DNA from: the human T2T-CHM13v2.0 reference genome, Homo sapiens
Direction: 5' to 3' (one strand)
DNA: 64,000 nt
NCBI RefSeq assembly: GCF_009914755.1
Contig: NC_060932.1
Notes under the pieces: generated by a model
The model's database searches: none
What the model was told of the DNA's origin: nothing
Seen by the model: only the letters and a program-made list of their open reading frames with translations
Shown: positions 23,831 through 37,460 of the stretch, piece after piece
Position numbering within the stretch: the first letter of the stretch is position 1
Layout of the letters: each line of letters starts with the position of its first letter
Made by a program: the position numbers and the translations under genes

Positions 23831-26049
23831 CAACACAGACAGGAATGGTAGGCATTGTCATCATCATCATTGTCATCATTATGATCACCATCCTTCTCCT
23901 CCTCCTCATCACAGCTGGTATTAACACAGGCTTTTGAAGCCCAAGATGACATTCTTTTAGCAACATCATGCTGCCTCCCAGTGACTGAGTCGAGAGGGAG
24001 AATTTACGAGCAAACAAACAAACAAATGAAACAAGCTAAACTATACAGCTACACTCTCCTCTCTCACACTGAATTCAGGAAAAAAACTGCAAAAGTAGGT
24101 CAGTAAATACAAATCCTCTTTACAGATTATATAAAATATTAATGTTTGGAAAAGTGACCGTTTTGATTCCTCCAGCCATCCAGCATGACGGTAACTTGCA
24201 AATGCTGCTCTGGATGTTTGTCCTTCCTGGCCGAATATATGTGTGGTCTCTAAGGGCAGAAGTCACTGAAGAACAATCAACCAGAGCAGCACAGGGGTTA
24301 TGCATGCAGGATTTGAAACCAGGGATAATGAAATTTAATCTCAGTTCTACCACTTTCTAGGTGTATGGCTTTGGGCAAGGAAATAAATTGCTGAAATGTG
24401 AGCTCCATGAAGGCAGATCCTGCTCACCGGAACGGCACGGTTCTCAAACCAGTGCATCAGTGCTTGAGTGACTGAATAGATTTACCTCATGCCTCCAAAG
24501 TTCAATTCACACCTTTAAAAAATGGGAATAATAATAGGCACATCAGGCTTTTGTGAATTAAATGTGACAATCATCATAGAACATTTCGCAGTGCCTGGCA
24601 CATAGAGAGCAATAAATAAATGGTAGCTTTATTATTCAATGTTTGTAGAATGAATGCAATTTTGAGTGAATGAAGACTGTGCTTGTGGAACAGCATGAAC
24701 AGGAGGGCTAAGGCTAAGAAGATCTTTGTAAATAAGTATAAAATAAAATGTAGGCCATGGTCAAGGTGCCTCAGTCTAAGGTTTTTGAGAAATACTTCTA
24801 GAATATTTAGGTGAAAATAGAAGTTCAGACTCAGATGGTATTTAGGGAGCATCACTTGAGTTCCCTTGAGCATGGCAGGAACTGTGCTACCTGTGTCCAC
24901 ATCTACAATTTCATTAAGAAGATCATAGTAACCCAGTTGGATGGGGATCACTATAGTCCAATTTATAAATCTGATAGAGGACGGAGTTAGGGATTGAACC
25001 GGGTCTTTAACTTGGAAGATGTGAAGGTGGTATTTGTTTCTCCAGTAGACCAGTTTCACACCAATCTTTCAGGATGAATGTCATATCATGGATTTAGCCA
25101 GGACCTGTGGTGTCTTCACTCAGTTCTGAGTTCTTCTATTAACAACTTACCCCTTAGGTTTTCTCACTCATCAAGTAGAAAAAAAAAAGTGTGATGTTGT
25201 TTGCCTACTGCCCAGAACTCTTCAGAGAACTGTACAAAAATAATAAAGCATTTATAAAGGTAAAGACAAAACTTAATTTTTTTTTTAAAAACAGAGGTAA
25301 TGATGCATGTTCCTTATGATTTTTAAAGAAGTATTGCAAGGCAATGTTTGTAATCACTTTATTCCACCCCAAAGCATATTGTGCATACAAATTTAAGACT
25401 TCCTAGCACCTGCCATTCATTTTCAAAAAGTTAAATACTCATGAACAATCAATGAATTTTTATATAGGCTTTGCAATTGCTACAGAGCATTAGTATCCAT
25501 TTTCTATTTGTAATTCAGAAAAACTTGTGAAATCATTATAATTATTTCTATGAGCAGGTGAGGAAATCAAGATGGAGAGAGGTAAAATGACTTTACCAAG
25601 GTCCCAGGTTAAGCGACTTTCAGGGTTCAGTTACAGCTTTTCCATCTCTTGACTTGACAGGTGCCATCTTCACTGTGCTGCCCCATCAGCCTCTGTTAGG
25701 TTCAAGAGTCTTAATTAGGACAATTATTGGTAATGTCTTTTTACATGATTTCATTTGCTATATTGTCCCCAAGTATAGATTCTGAATTCAGATATGAGGA
25801 CCAATGGCTTCTTTTTATTTGTTGAAAAAATATTCAAAGAAAATAAGGCTATAAATTTCTTAAGGGCATATTGATCTGCATAATGAAATTATAGGGCTTT
25901 GCAAAGATATGATTATGGCAAGTGGATTACGAAAGATTTGGAAGACTTAATCAATGGTGATAGTAACTTAGTTGCTAGGATAATTCTTTGCTTATTGGAA
26001 ATTAGGAGAAGTTATTTTGAACACAAAGGAAGAAGTGGGCACTGGATGA

Positions 26050-26510
26050 TCTTTAGCTTCCCTCACTTTCTTACCCTGCTGTGTGCTCTGGGAAGCTGAC
26101 CCCAAAGGATGGCTTCAACCTCACTCCCTTACCCTCCTGCTGAGGTCGGATTTAGCCAATGGGAGTACCAGCAGGAGATGGTAAGGGTGAGGGGATAGAA
26201 TCTGAGGTCTTTATTCCCCTGGGCTGTAGTTGGTAGTGGGGTGTTCTTGCTTAAGGCTACCACTCCTATGGGTCCTTCCCTAGAGCTATAGGTCAGCTAT
26301 AGCTCTCTTTCTAAGTCCAATAACTATTTTTTCACTGCTTCCCTTTTAGGCCTAATGAGATACCACTCCTGTACCTGTTGTCACTAGTCCAGAATGTTTC
26401 ATCATTCTTTGCTGGCTTTCCTTAACCCTGACTATACCTTTTTAGTAGTTGTGGCATTAAGCATTTCTCCATCCCCTCTGTTGAGCACAGCAACTGCTTC
26501 CTGCTAAGAA
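26050..26510 (+). mobile_element. LTR33-like ERVL LTR
   Basis: CCCTGCTGTGTGCTCTGGGAAGCTGACC...GCCAATGGGAG..CCAGCAGGAGAT...TTCCTTAACCCTG...TGCTTCCTGCT. Confidence 0.65.
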
Positions 26511-27191
26511 TAAGTAGTGGTGATTTACAGGAGATGTAAGACTGCCTTGCTTCAATTATATATGCTTTGACCTCAAAAATCACACCCCCTACCCCACCCA
26601 ATTAAGGTGAATGGACAATGTGAATTAGAAGCACATGACAAATGGTAGAGCTTGATCCATTCATTTGAATGCATCCGTGATGGACTGAGGTGTCTACATG
26701 AGGCAAAGCTTTCATCAACCAGGCTCAGTTAAAACAACAGCAGGAAGAATGTCCACAAGGACTTTAGCTCCCAAGCTGCTCATATCTGTCAGCGACTATC
26801 AACTGTCTTGGGACCCAGGGCTCTTCAATCTAAAAGCACAGGAAGTTAGAGGAAGTTATAAATAATCCTTGAAAGTAGAAAAGCAGCCAAGGATTGGGTT
26901 ACATAGCAATGGAAAACAGAGTAAGGGATAAAATTCATGGCTACTCCTATTTTACAAATCTTTATTTTTCATGTATATTCTCAGCTATATATTATTTTGT
27001 ATGTAAAAAAATACTTTTTGTTGTGATTTCAATAAATATTAGAGAGAGAAAAAAATCCATCCATTAGTTAGCTTCTATAGTCCTTTAGTAATGTGTCAAC
27101 TGGGCCAGGAGGAACTGCATGGTCCAGAATCCTCTTTGCTGTATGTTTCAGGTAAGAGCCACAAGAGAGATTCTTGTGTGAGATTTGGAGG

Positions 27192-27303
27192 TAAGGTGAT
27201 CATTCATCTCAGTTTTCCTGGACAAAAGGATTTCCCTGGACATGTGACTATCAGTGCTAAAACCAGGTCAGTCTCAGGCAAACAGGAACTGTTGGTAAAC
27301 CTG
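27192..27303. mobile_element. MER81-like hAT-Blackjack MITE
   Basis: TAAGGTGATC...CAGTGCTAAAACCAGG...GTTGGTAAACCTG with TTGGAGG target duplication on both sides. Confidence 0.75.
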
Positions 27304-27398
27304 TTGGAGGGTGGAAATGAAGCAGCAGCTCACACAGGTAGTCACTTACCTGCTGGCTCACCTTCATGGCATGGGGCAGCGGTGTGGGACTGTGACTA

Positions 27399-27452
27399 CT
27401 CCACCTCCTCCTGCTGCTCCACCTCCTTCTGCTGCTCCATCTCCTCCTGCTG
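27399..27452. repeat. 3 x 18-bp tandem repeat (CTCCACCTCCTCCTGCTG)
   Basis: Directly visible. Confidence 0.9.
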
Positions 27453-27711
27453 GCTCCTTCAGCTTCTCCAACCCCTGGGCCAGGTGTGCCTTTAGCTCCC
27501 CGAGGGAGGGTGTCCACCTCTCTTCCAGATACTCACAACATCAAGATCTGTCAGTTCACTCTGCGGGGGTCCCGCATGTCCTTGCTCTGGCCCAGTTTAC
27601 AAACACCTTCTCTTCCTGAAGGGACTGCCTACTCTGTGCAACTCAGCCTTCAAAATTAGATGCCAAAACAACAGCATTACCAGAACATAATGTCAAATTT
27701 TTACAGTAAAT

Positions 27712-27732
27712 CCATCTGTCTATCTATCTATT

Positions 27733-27770
<38 letters not shown>

Positions 27771-27800
27771 ATCTATCTATCTATCTATCTGTCTAATCAT
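27712..27800. repeat. Interrupted (TATC)n tetranucleotide STR
   Basis: Directly visible. Confidence 0.95.
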
Positions 27801-28552
27801 CATACACATATCTTTGGGTTCTGCTTCTCTGACTGAACCCTGATTCCAGTTTCATTTCCTAAGTTTTAGGAATTCATAGGTTCACTTAGGAAAAAGCCTT
27901 ACAGTTGGGCCTTCATAACCATAGAACAAGAACCATTTCTCACCTTTTGGCCACTGCTAGAGTCACATTCTTTGGCCTGAAAAGCAGTTGTCTACTAGAC
28001 ATTTACATCATAGCAGGTGATTCTAGGAGGGCAAAGAGGTCCAGAATCCAGAATAAGTGACTCTACTGCTGAAAATGTAGTGTTTCCAAAATATCTACAG
28101 ACCTAAATCTTTACTGTGAACAGCAAGATCCCCTAAGAGCTTGCCTGTCACTGTGTGTGCACTTTATCCCTCACCACTTTTGTTCTCACTTTGTGTTCCA
28201 GTAACACAGAAGGAATTGCTAGTCTTTCTAAGTCTCAGACTAACTCTCTGGGCGATCTTAGACAACAAATAAACACCAAACAAAAACCCCTCTAGCCTTT
28301 AGTTGCAGTATCTGTTATAACATAAATTATTCAAGTCACGTATAACTTGTGCCTTCTGTCTTCTTGTGTTATTTTCTTCTGCCCTGACTACCTGCAAAAC
28401 CCCTTAATGCCTGTGAATTCATCTCCTCTGTTAAGTCCCTTTGATGTTTTCAGGCATATTCAGGGGCTGATTTTTCTAAGCTACCTCAGAGGAATTCCTA
28501 TTTTTTCTTCTATCATTACTACTAGTTAATAAGAAGAATAAGAATAGTATTA

Positions 28553-30082
28553 ACAAAATTATACTACAGAGCTATAATAACTAAAACAGCATAGGACTGG
28601 GATAAAAACAGACACAGAGACCAATGGAACCAAATAGAGAACCTAGAAACAACTCCATACATCTAAGTAAACTCATTTCCAGCAAAGGTGTGAAGAACAT
28701 ACATTAGAGAAAGGGCAGTCTCTTCAATAAATGGTAATGGGAAAACTGGATATCTTTATGCTGAAGAGTGAAACTAAATTCTTATCTCACACCATATAAA
28801 AAATAAAATCAAAATGGGTTAAATACTTAAATCTAATACCTCAAACTATAAAACCACTAAGAGAAAACATTGGAAAAACTCTCCAGGACATTGGACTTGG
28901 CGAAGATTTCTTGAATAATGCCCCACAAATACAAGCAGCCAAAGTAAAAATGGACAAATGGGATTGCAAATTGAAAAGCTTCTGCAAAGCAAAGGAAACA
29001 ATCAACAAAGTGAAGAGACAACTGGCAGAATGGGAAAACATATTTGCAAACTACCCGTCTGACAAAAGATAAATAACCAGAATATATAAGGAGCTCAAAC
29101 AACTCTATAGGAAAAAATGTAATCCAATTAAAAATGGGCATAATACCTGAAGATACATTTCTCAAAAGAAGCTATAAAATGGCAAACAGGTATATGAAAA
29201 GGTGCTCAACATCACTGATCATCATAGAAATGCAAAATCAAACATACGATGTGACATTGTCTCACTCCAGTTAAAAGAGCTTTTATCCAAAAGACAGGCA
29301 ATAAATAAATGCTGATGAGGATGTGGAGAAAAGGGAACTCTCTTACACTGTTATTGAGAATGTAATTAGTACAACACTATGGAGAACAGTTTGTAGGTTC
29401 CTCAACTGAAAATAGAGCTACCATATGATCTAACAGTTCCACTGCTGGGTATCTACCCAAAAGAAAGGAAATCAGCATATCAAAGAGATGTCTGCATTCT
29501 CAGATCTCTGCAGCACTAGTCACAATAGCCAAGATTTGGAAGCAAACTAAGTGTCCATCAACATACGAATGGATAAAGAAAACGTGGTGCATATATACAA
29601 TGGAGCACTATGCAGCCATTAAAAATAATGAGATTCTGTCCTTTGCAATAACATGGATGGAACTGGAAGTCACTATGTTAAGTAAAATTGTCTTATTTTC
29701 TGTCCTGGCTTGGACAGAAAGAACAGCTTCACATGCTCTCCCTTATTTGTGGAAGTTAAAAATGAAAACAATTGAACTCATGGAAAAATAGAGTAGAATG
29801 ATGATTACCTGAGGCTGGGAAGGGTAGTGGGAGGGAAGTAGGGGTGTTTACTGGTTACAAAAAAAACAGAATGTATAATATCTAGTATCTAGTATTTGAT
29901 TGTACCACAGGGCAATCATATTCAATAATAATTTAATTGTACACCTAAAAATAACTAAAAGAGTATAACTGGATTGTTTGTAATGCAAAGGATAAATGCT
30001 TGATGTGATGGATACCTCATTTACCCTGATGTGATTATTACGTATAACATATATTCCTGTATCAAAATATCTCATGTACCCC

Positions 30083-30114
<32 letters not shown>

Positions 30115-30144
30115 ATATATGTGTGTGTGTGTGTGTGTATGTGT

Positions 30145-30203
<59 letters not shown>

Positions 30204-30329
30204 CTGGGTACCTACAAAAATAATACAAAATTAAAGAATAAACAAAAAGCCCCAAAATATCTTATGTTTTTCACAGACATATATACCTACTCTGTACCCA
30301 CAAAAATTAAGAACATACAATTTTTTAAA
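28553..30329 (+). mobile_element. 5'-truncated L1MA (MA2/MA3-like): ORF2 C-terminus and 3' UTR
   Basis: AAAAACAGACACAGAGACCAATGGAAC...; 3' UTR GTATAACTGGATTGTTTGTAA; probable TSD AAGAATAGTA (28540-28549 and 30330-30339). Confidence 0.9.
30083..30202. repeat. Compound (TA)n/(TG)n microsatellite in the L1 tail
   Basis: Directly visible. Confidence 0.95.
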
Positions 30330-30354
30330 AAGAATAGTAACAATAATAAAATAG

Positions 30355-30570
30355 GACAAGTAATAACTATTTATTTTTAGGAGCTGGGATAAACTCTTTA
30401 CCTGTATTATCTCATCCAAATCCCCACAAGTCCTAAGGCATGTAGGGTGGTCACCAACATTTTACAGATAAGGAATATTGAGGCTCAGAGAAGTTAACTA
30501 ACTTGTCTAAGGTCTCAGAGGCTAGTAAGTGCATGCCCGGGATTTGATATATTCTGACTTCAGAGCTCCA
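30355..30570 (-). mobile_element. MIR
   Basis: CATTTTACAGATAAGGAATATTGAGGCTCAGAGAAGTTAACTAACTTGTCTAAGGTC. Confidence 0.8.
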
Positions 30571-33124
30571 GGTGACACCTCAGCAATCGATTGTGGGTTT
30601 ATGCTGGTCACACTATATTGTAGTTGTCTGTTTACATATCTGTGCCTCATCTAGTTGGTAAGTTTCTAGAAGGTGAAGCAGGAACATGAATATTTAGTTT
30701 TGTTTCTCCAGCCTTTAATATTGTGCTTGGCATGGGTAAGTGCTGAATAAAACTTTGCAGAGAAATACATGGATACAAAGATGGGTGGATGGATGACTGG
30801 AAGTGGCTTGAGAGATCATCTTGTCCCTCTTGATGTGCCCAAGGTAATCCAGCTTGGCAGGGCCGGCCTGAGAAGCCACATTTCTGGCTTCCATTTCTGG
30901 GTCTTTGACATCAGAGTACAGCCTGGCATTCTTCAGCAAAGCAGGAAACACATGAAGTCTGTAAACAACACAACATCTGAACACTGAAAATTAAAAAAAA
31001 AAAAAAGAAAGAAAAAAAAACAAGGAGGGGGTGGGGGTGGGTATTCTGGTACTTTTCCATTTCCATTTAATATTTTAAGGTGCAAACAATTTTCTATTCT
31101 TACACCTAATGCAAAAATATATGCTGACTTTGATAAGGTACTGCTTTTAGCTGCATGCTGTATAAAAATACAAGAAGAAAACACATGCTGGGATTTTCCA
31201 TTTTTCCTTCGTTGTTGTGTCTTACTGAAACTTGGAAATCAAATTATCTGCCTTTTCTATCAAACAGCAAAACATTTGTCCAATTAATCTCTGCCCTAGA
31301 TTTTGTTTTTCTTAGTCTGAATCCATGTCATTATGCATCATTCAAATCCTGAAAATGCAATAAAAATGGAGACTAAAGTGTATTTCAACCCCCGATCAAC
31401 ATAATGATTCTAAATGTATTGAATATAAAATAAATGTACTAATTTTGCTTACTTTTCATTTTTTACTTACAAATAGAGAAAAACCATGGTGCCTCAAGGG
31501 AACTGAAACTTCGCAGTTTTCTGCACTTGAAACATATAATGAGTTTCAGCCAACGATTCCACACTGCCTGGCTAGGAAAACCACTTAGTCCCTGTCCTCT
31601 GTGTCTGGATTTGCAAGTGACCATGTCGGTACCGGGGACCCAGGCCCAGCCAATTAAGTGCTAGTGATAGAGAGCCTGTGTCTCTTGGTTTGCTCCCCAA
31701 ACATATTATTTTTACCATTTTCTTTAATGTTACAGAAAACACCTCATTAAGCAACTGTTGGATGAATAGCTGGGCATGCAATTTGTTAGAAAAGAACACT
31801 GTACTTGGAGTTACAACACCTGTGTTCTAGAATTTGCTCTGCTACTAAATAACTGTGTGACATTGAAAAAGTTATTTATTTTTACAGTAACCTCATGTTT
31901 GCTGTCACAATAAAAGTGCATAAATAGAGATATTGAAACTTTAGAAAAATAGGGTCTGTTTCTTTTTAAGTCAAGGGAACTAGGCTACCCAAGTGTTTCT
32001 CACACACTCGGGGTCCACAGATCTACTGGGATTGGGAGACATATTCTTGGGGTCATTGAATATTTTGTGAGAAATTTTAAATTTTTTGTTTTTATTTAGA
32101 AGCATATGGAAAGTTAAAAGTGATAGCTCAGTTATCTCCATGACTAATGACCAACTTCTTCCTATAATTCCGTCCCAGCATTTGCATTTGTATTAACTAC
32201 CTCAAGTGCAAACCTTAACTGTGAAAGTTTAAATTTTATTGTTATATTTCTCTTAGGGATCCACAAGAGATCTTAAATTTGAGAATCAATGAATTAGTAA
32301 GCATGTCTTACTCTAAGGTTTGGTGATTTTCTAAAATAATTGAGAATGGCTGATTTCATTCATTTATGTTTATCCCATGTTTCATTGCATACCCACAGCA
32401 AGCCAGAGACTATTCTAGCCACCAAGGTAACCACAATGAAGGAGGGTCTCCCTAAGTTTCTGGAATCCCACAACTTGCTTGGGGAGATACACCTATCCAT
32501 AGAGAGTTATTGGACATGTGATTTTAAATTTAAAACACCCTTAAACTACAATATGATAAATCAATCTCTATACCTAGCATCACTTAGACTGTAATTAACC
32601 TTTGGCCCATTCGTTCTAAATTCACAGTGATCTATTCAGGGTCTGAGTGACTTGAGCAATTTCCTTACCCACATTCAAAGATTGTCATGAGAATAAAATT
32701 AGATATTCTGAGTACAGTGGTCTTGAAAACAACACGTTTTATATTTCCTTGAAGGCAGGAACAACTTGCAGCAACTATATTTATTTATTAGGTTATCTTT
32801 TTATGAAAGGACTTAAGGTAGTTTATAACCAAAGCCATGTACTAATATAGAATTTTAAAAAAGTGAAAGGAAAAAAAGAAGGAGGAGCATTTGTCCAGTT
32901 GGCTAGTAAATTAGGATATGATGTATTGTAAAGTGCCTTAATCTTGGAGACCTACAACCTGGGTTTCATCCCAGCTTCAGTACCTCCACCTTGATGACTT
33001 AAAGCTTCCTCACCTCTCTAAGCCTCAGTTTTTTTTTTTTTTTTTTACCTGAAAATTAATCTAAATATTTCTACTTGGGAGCCTATGAGGATTAAATGAT
33101 ATATAGATATAAAACCTCAAAGGG

Positions 33125-35220
33125 AGACTTCTGTTTTCTGGTTTCATATGTAAAGAGTTTGGAAATGGCCAATCCATTTTAACAATGAGTAAAAAGTTTA
33201 ACAGACTGAAAATTCAACAACTCTTCTCAGATCTGTAAGAGAGGTGAGGATACAGGGAAAACCACTGCCCCCAAGATTGGAGGAACAGACTGGTGGATAC
33301 AGGGAGTCACCACTTACTGGAGCAGAGACTCGTGAGCAGAAACCTCTGCAGGAATCAGTGCTGGGGTAGGAAGACCTGGACTATAATTGATGAATTGCCA
33401 GACGCTCAGTGTGGACAAGTCTAAGTGTTAAAATCTCCAGGAGGGCTCAGTCACAGAGGGATTCCACACCTTTGTGAGTTTTACATCCAGGAACTTTCTT
33501 AGGTTCTCACAGTAAACATCAGAGAAAAATTTGTTTGTGCTTCCAGCAGGGGGAGAGGAAAAGGAACCATTTGGAAACATGCCAGTGCACTCTGTTTTTA
33601 ACAAAGCCTGCCCTTAGGAGAAACTAACTAGAGACTACCCTGACCTGGGAGAAGAGAAATACCCAACTCTAACCCACTGTAGCCATCTTATCCCTCCTGC
33701 GGAGGAGAACATAAGTGAATAGTATTGTGAAGCTCACAGTCTAGAGGTATAAGCTCACTAATAGTCTGAGACCTTATCATAGGGATTATACACTTCCCTT
33801 TCCCCCATACTTTACCACTACTTTACTAAAGACCTACTTACAGCAATTCCTTCTACCCAGTACAACATTTCCAGGTATAAGGAACGAATTACAAGGCATA
33901 CTAAAAGGTAAAAGCACAATTTGAAGAGAGATAGTAAGCTTAAAACAGTGATGCATAATATGCAGAGGGCTCTGATTGATAAAGCAGACAGCATGCAAGA
34001 ACAAGTGAACAATGTTAACAGAGAGATGAAACTCCTAAGACAGAAGCAAAAGAAATGCTAAGGATCAAAAATACTCCTGCAAAAATGAAAGATGTCTTTG
34101 ATTGGTTAATTAATCAACTGGACATAGCCGAGGAAAGAATCTCTGAGCTTGAAAATGCCTCAATAGAAACCTCCAAAATGAAGAAGCAGAGAACAAAGAC
34201 TGAAATAACAAAAGCAAAAGAAGAAAATATCTAAGGAATGCGAGACAATTACAAAAAAGTAGCATATGAGTAATAGACATGCCAGAAGGATAAGAAAGAC
34301 AAGAAGAAACAAAAATTATTTGAAAAGTTGACGATTCAGAATTATCCTCAAATAGGTGTCAGACACCAAACCACAGATTCTGGAAGCTCAGACAGCACCA
34401 AGCAGGATAAATGTCAAAAAAACAAAACAAAACCCCTACATATTATTTATAGACATATTTTGAAAACACAGAAAAATCAAAGATAAAGTCCAGAAAGGAG
34501 CCAGAGAAAAAACACTGTACTTAGAGAGGAACAAGGATAAGAATTACATGTGGCTTCTCAGAAACTATGCAAGCAAGAAGAGGATGGAGTGGAATATTGG
34601 AAGTGTTAAGAGACAAAAGCCACCAACCACGAATTATGTACCCTGTGAATTGATGCTTCAAAAGTGAAAGAGAAATAGAGTTTCTAAGATGAAAATTGAA
34701 GACATTTCTTTCCAGTGGAACTGCTTTTCAAGAAAAAAATTTATTTAGAGAAAAGGAAAATAATATAGATTACAAACTTGGATCTAGATAAAGAAAGAAA
34801 AGCATCAAAAAAAGCATAAGTGAAGGTAAAATAAAAACTGTAATTGTTTTTATTCTTAATTGGTCTAACAGAAAATAATTTGTTCAAAATAGTAAGTGTA
34901 ATAATTTATTCAAATATGTACATATATACAAACATATATAGACATGTATATATGCTTAGATATAAGTTAAATGAATGACAGCAATGGTCCATGGACGGGA
35001 GGAAATAATTGGGATTACTTTGTTATTATAAGGTACTCACACTTTCCATAAAGAGGTATAGGGCTATTAGAAAGTGAACTTGGATTAGTCATAAATGTAT
35101 ATCACAGACTCTAAGGCAACCACTAAAACAAGTGAAGAAAAGTATAACTGATATGCTAAGAAATGAGAGAAAATTGGAATCATATAAAATGCTCAACTGA
35201 AACCACAAAAGGCAGGAAAC
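33125..35220 (+). mobile_element. Old L1M (L1MD-like) 5' UTR, degenerate ORF1 and inter-ORF region
   Basis: ORF1-like AGACAGCATGCAAGAACAAG, GAGGAAAGAATCTCTGAGCTTGAA, CAGAAACTATGCAAGCAAGAAGAG; A-rich sense strand. Confidence 0.8.
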
Positions 35221-36486
35221 TGCAATGAATAACTTTCACAAATAATGTTTGTCTTTTTCTTGTTCACGGCCTTAGAGATTGTACTTTTCTGGGTTGACCC
35301 TTTGTACCCTGTCTTACCCTTCACTTGGATCCATAGACCACTGCTAGTCCAGAGCCCTTCATGGGCTTGCTCCAGTCCCTGCTAGATAAGATGAAACACT
35401 TAGAATTATGATAGGGTAGGAATGAATCAGTGAGTGAAGGAATAAATGAATACACAAATGAATGTCTTTATTTTACACATGGGAAAATGATGCATCCTCG
35501 GTTTTTATGTCAGACAGTGGTCAGATAAGGATTCCATCCAGATACTCCAGTACCCTTTCCCCTGGTCCTAGCCTCCTTTCCTTCCCCCAGCCTCTGATGG
35601 TCTCATAGAACTTCTCTGACCTAGAGACTATGCCTGCTCTACTCTCTTGACTGCTGGAACCCTCTCTACGCATGGAGTGTATCTCCTGCTCACATTGGCT
35701 TTGGAATGTGACATTTCCCCAAGTTTCCTACTTCCTTCTCTATCTGCTGCTATTTTCAAAACCAAGGGAAGAGGTTACTTTTGATGAAAGGCTCTCTGTA
35801 ATAATCCATATGTGTAAAAATACAAGATCAACAGGAAGAAACCACAGGCATGCTTCCTATCCCTTTAGGAGTGGGAGTAAAAGTTCTTGAATCTGACAGA
35901 GCTCTCATCATTGTTGTCCCTGGATGATATTCCTGGCTTGCCTTTTTATATTTTCTAGAGTTTCCATTGGAATTTTCTTCTCATATTCTAGAATAAATGT
36001 ATTCATAGCCTTCTCTCTTCTCTAGGTCATGGTGAACATTTCTGCCATGACATTTGCTTAGAAGGTAAAATGCTAGCTAAATAGCTGGGCATTTTCTATG
36101 TGCCTATTTTAGAAATAATTCCATATATTCTTTAAAAACTATTATAAGCCTAGTAGAGTAAGACTTGATTTAATGCCAATCAATTTTAGCTGATACATTT
36201 CTTTTAACTAATATTTTTGTTTCTTTCTCATAAGCCAGCATGGAGGAGTAAAAAATGTTTGCATAATTATGTGGCAAATCAAGGCTGAGCCCAAAGGAGA
36301 TATTTAAACATCCTGTTTAGCCCACTCAGTCTCTGCCTGTTTGGTTAAGCTAATTCTTAGGCTTATAGACTCCATCCAGGCTTTGCTTGCAGCTTAGAGG
36401 AAATTTGGTTGTATGAAGTGTGTGGTCATATGACCTTGTGGTTGTTTAGGAAAGGAGTCATACAACATCCTCTAGGCTTTGCTACC

Positions 36487-37098
36487 TGTGGTAGACAGAA
36501 TGCCTCCCTGAATATGTCCGTGCCCTAATCCCTGAATCCTGTGAATATGTCACAATACATGACAAAGGGACTTTGCAGTTGTAATCAAGGTTATGCACCA
36601 CACAGCAGGGAGATTATTCTGGATTATTTTGGGAAACTCAATCTAATCACATGAGTACCTAAATGCAGAGAATTTTTTCCAGCTGTAATAAAAGAGATAC
36701 ATAAGAAATCAGAGAAATTCAAAGCCTGAGAAGGACTCAACCCCCATTGCTGGAGGGGGGCATGTGGAAGGTATGGGAAGGGATGCAGGCAACTTCTAGG
36801 AGCAAAGACTGGCCTTGGCTGGCAGCCAGCAAGGAAATAGGACCTCAGTCCTGAAACCACAAGGAACTGAATTGGGCCAATAACCTGAATAAGATTGGAA
36901 GTAGATTGATCATCAGAGCCTCCAGGAAGGGAAACAGCCCTGGTGACATGTTGATTTTCACCTTTTGAGACCCTAAGCAGAAGTCTTAGCTGGGCCATGC
37001 TGTATCCAGACCTCTAAAGAACTGTGAAATCATCAGTGGATGTTGTTTTAGACACTGCATTTATGATAATTTGTTATGGCAGTAATAGAAAACTAGCA
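36487..37098 (+). mobile_element. MLT1D/E MaLR solo LTR
   Basis: TGTGGTAGACAGAAT...AAAGGGACTTTGCAG...GGAACTGAATT...AATTTGTTATGGCAGTAATAGAAAACTA. Confidence 0.85.
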
Positions 37099-37414
37099 TG
37101 CTGCCTTGCAATAGGACAATTTGCTCCAACACCTGCAGGCTACTGTACCAGTTTCCATGTCTGACCCCACCCCGCCATAGCCGCTGCCCACATAGGAGCC
37201 CATGATCATGGCTATTTTCTCTTGGCCATGCAAACAATCCTAACCTTCCTTGAAGATATTGAAGGCTCTGCATCAATAGGTAGGAAGTCAGTTCAAGAAA
37301 GTACCAAAGATTAAAAAAACTTTATGTTTCAGAAAATACTACTCCACAACCCAGATAATTGCCATATGTATATGAGGTGCCATGAAAAAGTAGTAGCAGA
37401 AACATTTAAGAAGA

Positions 37415-37418
<4 letters not shown>

Positions 37419-37459
<41 letters not shown>
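37419..37459. repeat. (GT)n microsatellite of about 20 units
   Basis: Directly visible. Confidence 0.97.

Positions 37460-37460
<1 letters not shown>

Larger units (their letters stand above)
27075..27850 (+). mobile_element. LTR41/LTR52-like ERVL LTR containing a MER81 and a (TATC)n repeat
   Basis: TTTAGTAATGTGTCAACTGGGCC...GGAAATGAAGCAGCAG...GGTTCTGCTTCTCTGACTGAACCCTGA. Confidence 0.6.

Noticed and set aside
23692-24017. Acidic poly-D/E ORF
   Set aside because: Arises from (TCA)n and (TCC)n simple repeats beside an L2 relic.
24574-25059. Longest ORF in the track (161 aa)
   Set aside because: Overlaps MIR relics, has no recognisable domain, and its composition matches random AT-rich DNA.
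27257-27619. Pro-rich and RRRWSS-repeat ORFs
   Set aside because: Produced by a 3 x 18-bp tandem repeat inside an LTR relic.
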